A DNA stretch of 64,000 nucleotides from Phallusia mammillata. Taxonomy: Eukaryota. The position numbers and the translations under genes are program-made. The stretch covers positions 12,896,001 through 12,960,000 of the forward strand of contig OZ281494.1 of assembly GCA_965637545.1 (NCBI GenBank), given 5' to 3'. Positions within the stretch are counted from its first letter, which is position 1, and each line of letters begins with the position of its first letter. The notes beneath the pieces are model-generated. The model worked only from the letters and a program-made list of their open reading frames with translations. It had not been told where the DNA came from and made no database searches. Shown in pieces: positions 59,101 to 64,000 of this stretch.

Positions 59101-61845
59101 ACAAACAGCAAGACTTGAAAAGAATACAATGAAACAAGATTTACTTTCTCGATTGTGCTAAAAAGCACCGAGGGAGACGTTTCACCATTTCGCCATCAAA
59201 TAACGTCATTGGGCAAGTTTACCTTACCGCGATGACAAATACTTCTCAAGTTTTAACGACTATAGGACCTTTCAGTGCGTCAAACAGTGCTCAAAAATAT
59301 TTGCATTTAACAACCGTGTATAAATATTTTGCACAAATCCGCTAAACGATGGTTCACTTATAGCGTACTTCCTAACACTAAAACAATCGGTTTAACGCTA
59401 CAAATTTGGAACACAACACCATTGCGTATTGTTTTATCTTCTGATTGTGCTTGCCCCCAAAAAGGTACCCTTGCCTAAAACGCATCCAGTACACATTAAT
59501 TTCTACAAAGTACTGTATGTTAAACTCAAAATTAGCTAAGCAAGGTACTGAACTGTTAACAGACGTTACGTAGACTATGTAGCAAGTCGTCTAGTATCTT
59601 GGTCATAAGGGTTGGTTCGTCTTGACCTACATTGTCACGCATTCGGATTTTAACTACTTGTCTTTGTAAGGCACTTGTCAAGCAATGTGATTTGTGACTT
59701 TCAAAGGGCTTCGATGGCTGCGAATGTAATTGTTACAAATGTTGTTCGTTTGTTATCTGAGATGCTACTGCCTGCTTGGTCCATTACTGTAAGTATAGTG
59801 ATCCGACGTTTACACGAATCAGGCCAATTTAAACTTACTGAAAGAATTGTACAACTGTATGAACGTTAGACGTTTTAAATGGACAAAATTGTTCACGTTT
59901 TAAACATAATAGTTGACTTAATTTTTGACTTTGTTGACAGAACATTATTATCATCTGTGTGAACCTTTCGCTTTTTTCGGTAACTTGTATAGCTTTGGCA
60001 ATAATAACAAACACAACAATGGCAAAATATCATTTGAACAGTTGGTTTTAGCTCTCAGATGGACAATTTAACTTTACAGGAACCTCATAACGTTATTTCA
60101 AAAGGCTGAAGGCAATAATACACGTAAACTTAAACCTTAGCTTTGTAACACATGACAGTTGTCATGTATTTTAACATTTTAACTTGGTGGTTTCCGCTTA
60201 ATTGATCGCAAACCAAAGCGCAATCAAATCCATCGATTGCATTGCAAACGAGTCTGAGCTGTCGCAATACACATAAACGCAAACACTGTTATATTCATTG
60301 TATTTTTGTTACTGCACTGGTGTGTTTCTATTGGAAACGAGTTAACAATGCCTTTATACCACAACTTTTGAAAAACATTTGAAGCGGTTTAAAGAGCATT
60401 GTGTAGTCAACCACAATACCAAAATTACAAACTTAAGCGAGTTCAAACCAAAAGTAGCATTTCTTCAACAATTATTTTACATTTAAAGCTTGTTTTTTTG
60501 GCAATTTTCTTTCTCTTAGTCATACACCTTTTCTGCCAAACCTAAAATAATGCAAAATTTTGCATCCGTTACTTCAACTTTGCAAAGATTCGTTCTGGTA
60601 ACTCGCGAAACATAACCGGTCACTGTAATACCGGACGCACATGTACGCATCCAGCGGTTGTTTATGTTTTGAATATAACTCACAGCAACAGAACTGCATC
60701 GTCTTTTTGTATTCATAAATGAATGTAAACAAAACGATGTTGATGTGCCGCTACCGACTGAAGTGTTGATATAACAACGGTCATCTTCTTTCGTTTCTCT
60801 GGCTTTGTATCAACGTTTGTAGCGCTCTGGGTTGTTAACCGGGTCGGGTTTTCGCGTAGGAATCGGGTTCTGGCTTCGGCTTTAGATATTTGAAAAGACA
60901 AGTCAGATCGACCAAATTTTAATTTTGCACCAATCATTAATTATATTTTTTGCACCAATGTATATGTACACAGATTTGCATTGGTTTGTAGAGTACAACT
61001 ATACACTACGTAAATCTTTATGTGGGCCTGCTTTTCAATTTCGTGCATTCGGTTGGCAAAGTTTTCGGGCCTGATGTAGCCTTTTTATTTCTGTTCGGGT
61101 TAGGGCGTAAAAGTTGGTTTCGAAAAGAATAAAGGTTGTGGCGCTGTTGGCGTACGTTAACGTTCCCTTTCTACGATATGGCTATGTACTTTCTAACTAT
61201 GACTTTCTGATGGATGATGTTCGTAATATAAAATCACATAAACTTAAAACAAGACTTGAATCTTGCTAAACTTACATTTTCATGCAAGAAAATCGCGACA
61301 GGCGAGCATCGAGATTTAATGGTTTTTCAAAAATGTTTGTTGTCGAAATAATAATTCCTTTGTAGGTGAACAAGTCCTGAACAAGTTTATTCGTCAAGTC
61401 AACACAACTGTTCTACCCACTTCTGATATCTGACTCGTTAAGTGGTACAAATAATTTTATTACAAAAAGCGATTGGTGGCGGTAAAGGACAGCAAAACAC
61501 AACACAACGAAACTCAGTGGAGATGGAGTTTTTCATGCAAGTAACCACTAGCGAGCAGCACAGAGCATGGTGAATAAATAGCAACAGAAAAAAGAAGCAT
61601 TAGGGGTTGCTATGGACCATGGACATCAAAATAAGGACAATGTTTTTTAATAATTTTCATACGAAACGAAACAAACTTTTCCAAAAAATCTTTGCCTTCG
61701 TACGAGCCATGACATATCGTATGCAATTTTGCAAAAAAAAAACAATCTGTTTCAGTAACTCCTTGTTTGTAAAAAATACTTCGTGCATAACAAGCGGCTC
61801 AGGTTTAGGTTAAATTTGACTGACATTTTACTAAGTTTGTTCCTT

Positions 61846-61938
61846 GTATCAAGTTTATAGAGCTCTTCTGGCAAATGTATTTTTATTCCGACGTTTCGAC
61901 GTCCTTTGCAGGTCGCCTTCATCAGAGTAAATAACACT
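61846..61938 (-). mobile_element. Penelope-like 3'-end fragment with intact minimal hammerhead motif (about 61888-61927)
   Basis: Near-identical to 44749-44841; minus strand CU-CUGAUGA-A-GGCGACCU-GCAA-AGGACGUC-GAAACGUC-GG-AATAAA. Confidence 0.85.
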
Positions 61939-61974
61939 ACGCGCTTTCAGTGTTATATATTTGTTCCTTGTAAT

Positions 61975-62113
61975 TGTTGAAAATAAGGCAAAATAAAGAC
62001 TCGGGTAAAAAAACAAGGACATTTCTCAGAAATAAGGGCATTCAAATTTGACCAAGACATTACCCTTCAATATAAGGCCAAATCTTGAAAATAAGGACGA
62101 TGCGGCGACCCTG
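61975..62113 (-). mobile_element. Possible truncated hAT terminus
   Basis: Minus strand begins CAGGGTCGCCGCATCGTCCTTATTTT with repeated ATAAGG/AAGGAC subterminal words; no matching second end or TSD found. Confidence 0.35.
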
Positions 62114-64000
62114 AATATAAATGACAAAACCTAGCTGAACGTGCCAACACTCTGTACTAAAAAGTCAATAATTTTTTTTAGGCTTAATGCTAGAAAACGC
62201 GGAAAACCTTCGTTATTGAATGTACTGTTGTTTTGCCCGACATTTATCGTAGCTCCTGGGATTTTCTGGGAAAGGCAACTACGTTTGTTGAATCACGAAT
62301 TAACAACATTACGCCAGCCCTTGTGACGTAATAGCTAGGGTAAAACAGGTTTCCGAATCTATTTTGGGTCGTCATCTGGGATTTACCGTAAATTTATTGG
62401 AATATCTCGTTACCCGAGTAATTGTGTTTACAATCGCAAATCTCCATGTATCGGGTTTTCTAGTTTGTTTGGAAACAACGAGAAACTTAACCCGCCTCTC
62501 CTTCTCTCCATTTTTCTGTTAACAACCTATACTATAAACAAAATTAGTACCTATATTTTGTCATTTAATTTATTTATTTTAGAACTATATTTGTAAATAC
62601 TCCTTTAAACAGTATACGTTTGATATGCGCTGGACTTTGCGTGGCTACTTAAGTAGTTTAATAATGCACACATTAATTTGGAATGTAAAAATTCTATTGT
62701 ATGCAAACCAAATGCCCTTTGGCAAACGAAATACATTTGCATATTGGTAAGCGTGGCAAAATTAGCAGTAATTATTACTGATGGTTTGAGGAGAATGAAT
62801 TTCCGCTCACAAGTTCTTGAATGTAGTTTGAAGAAAAAAAAAACGTTTTCCTGGTCAAGTTGTTGCTGTAAGATGCTACAACTTGAACTGTTGGTATTTT
62901 AACATAAAATGCCACTTGGTGGGGCAAAAAAGTTCACTTAATTACCTTATTTGTGTAGCGTACTTGAAATAGTCAAACGTATTTGAATTTGATTTACCAG
63001 GGATAACATGGGAAGGTATTTAATATGTTTTGAAAATGTTACATCGTTTGGTTATTTTTTCCTAAAGAACTTCGATATGTAACAGGGCTAAATCAGTTGT
63101 ACAAAGTTTACTATGGCATATATAACTAAGTGTTTTTCCGTACATCGTTGTGTGCTGTAAACACAACACGGAACCTTTTAAACTTTTGCCGCTGGTATGG
63201 CGAGACGTTGAGGAGGAAACTTAAAACTTGCTTGTACTTGGCTAAAGATAATCACCAGATTGTTGACAAACATTCCAGACTGCTTTAACCGGCGGCTGCC
63301 GTTCGCCACTTACGCGGTCGTCCAGGTCGCACTAGACTTCAACATTCCGCCGAGCAAACAAGGCTTGAACTACCGAACGGCCCACACCCGTAGCCAAGCA
63401 GTCAAGCAGCAGCTATAGCATACAGAAACCATGACTTTCAATCCTTTGTGTGCTGCCGCCTTAGATAAGGGTTGCGCTGAATGATTGCCTGGTATTAACG
63501 GGACGAAGCCACGAGCCAGAACCAGAGCGATTCGGCGCAAGCGATTGGTTACGGTCTGTGAGCATGCTGACAGATGCTACGATAATAACGGCTGCGGGAC
63601 AAGCTCTTTGGCTGTTGTGAACTGTTCAAGAGCCTCGTTCCCACGCTTCGAGGCCAGCCCACGCGTTCCAGAGATCCTCCCTTTACCCATTTTCGAGGTC
63701 GTTTAGTGGAACTTTTTAAAGGCGCACGCGCTGAGTCGACTCGCCTAATATGTGTTGGCTCTACACACACGCGTCTTCCGTCTGTCCTCTGCCTTTTCGC
63801 ATTGTTACCTTCTTTTTGCCAATACGGCGGTGCAATTTAACAAAGATAAAATCAATAGCCCTGTTAACGACGAGTTTATATGTATTTTCAGCACAAACTT
63901 TAAGATTATTGTTTAATTGTAGTAACATCTGGTTTTTCGACTTTTAAAAATATCTAAATTTAAAACTTCGCGAGCGACGAATTGAATCCTTAACCTAAGG

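Overview
AT-rich, intron-containing animal genomic DNA, not prokaryotic. The compact layout and operon-like gene packing suggest an ascidian tunicate (inference only). Genes in order: COG1 (minus strand, 5 exons); a divergently transcribed ZFR-like DZF gene in which I find no zinc fingers but do find a DHX9-type dsRBD and a Trp-rich exon; eight tandem BTB-zinc finger genes with intronless CDSs; KLHDC3; and a convergent SLC38 (SNAT-type) amino-acid transporter whose 5' end is unresolved. Introns and spacers carry many non-autonomous transposons (hAT MITEs with 8-bp TSDs, a piggyBac element, a Helentron-like element, Penelope-like fragments). Highlights: (1) a complete, canonical type I hammerhead ribozyme on the sense strand of a ZFR intron, inside a 325-bp retrozyme-like unit that also has a perfect 34-bp hairpin whose loop is complementary to the cleavage site; (2) a candidate trans-spliced operon of 8 BTB-ZF genes plus KLHDC3; (3) a Penelope fold-back in a KLHDC3 intron in which only the host-sense hammerhead has lost a catalytic G; (4) the unusual ZFR domain architecture. 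All family assignments come from recalled motifs; no database search was run.
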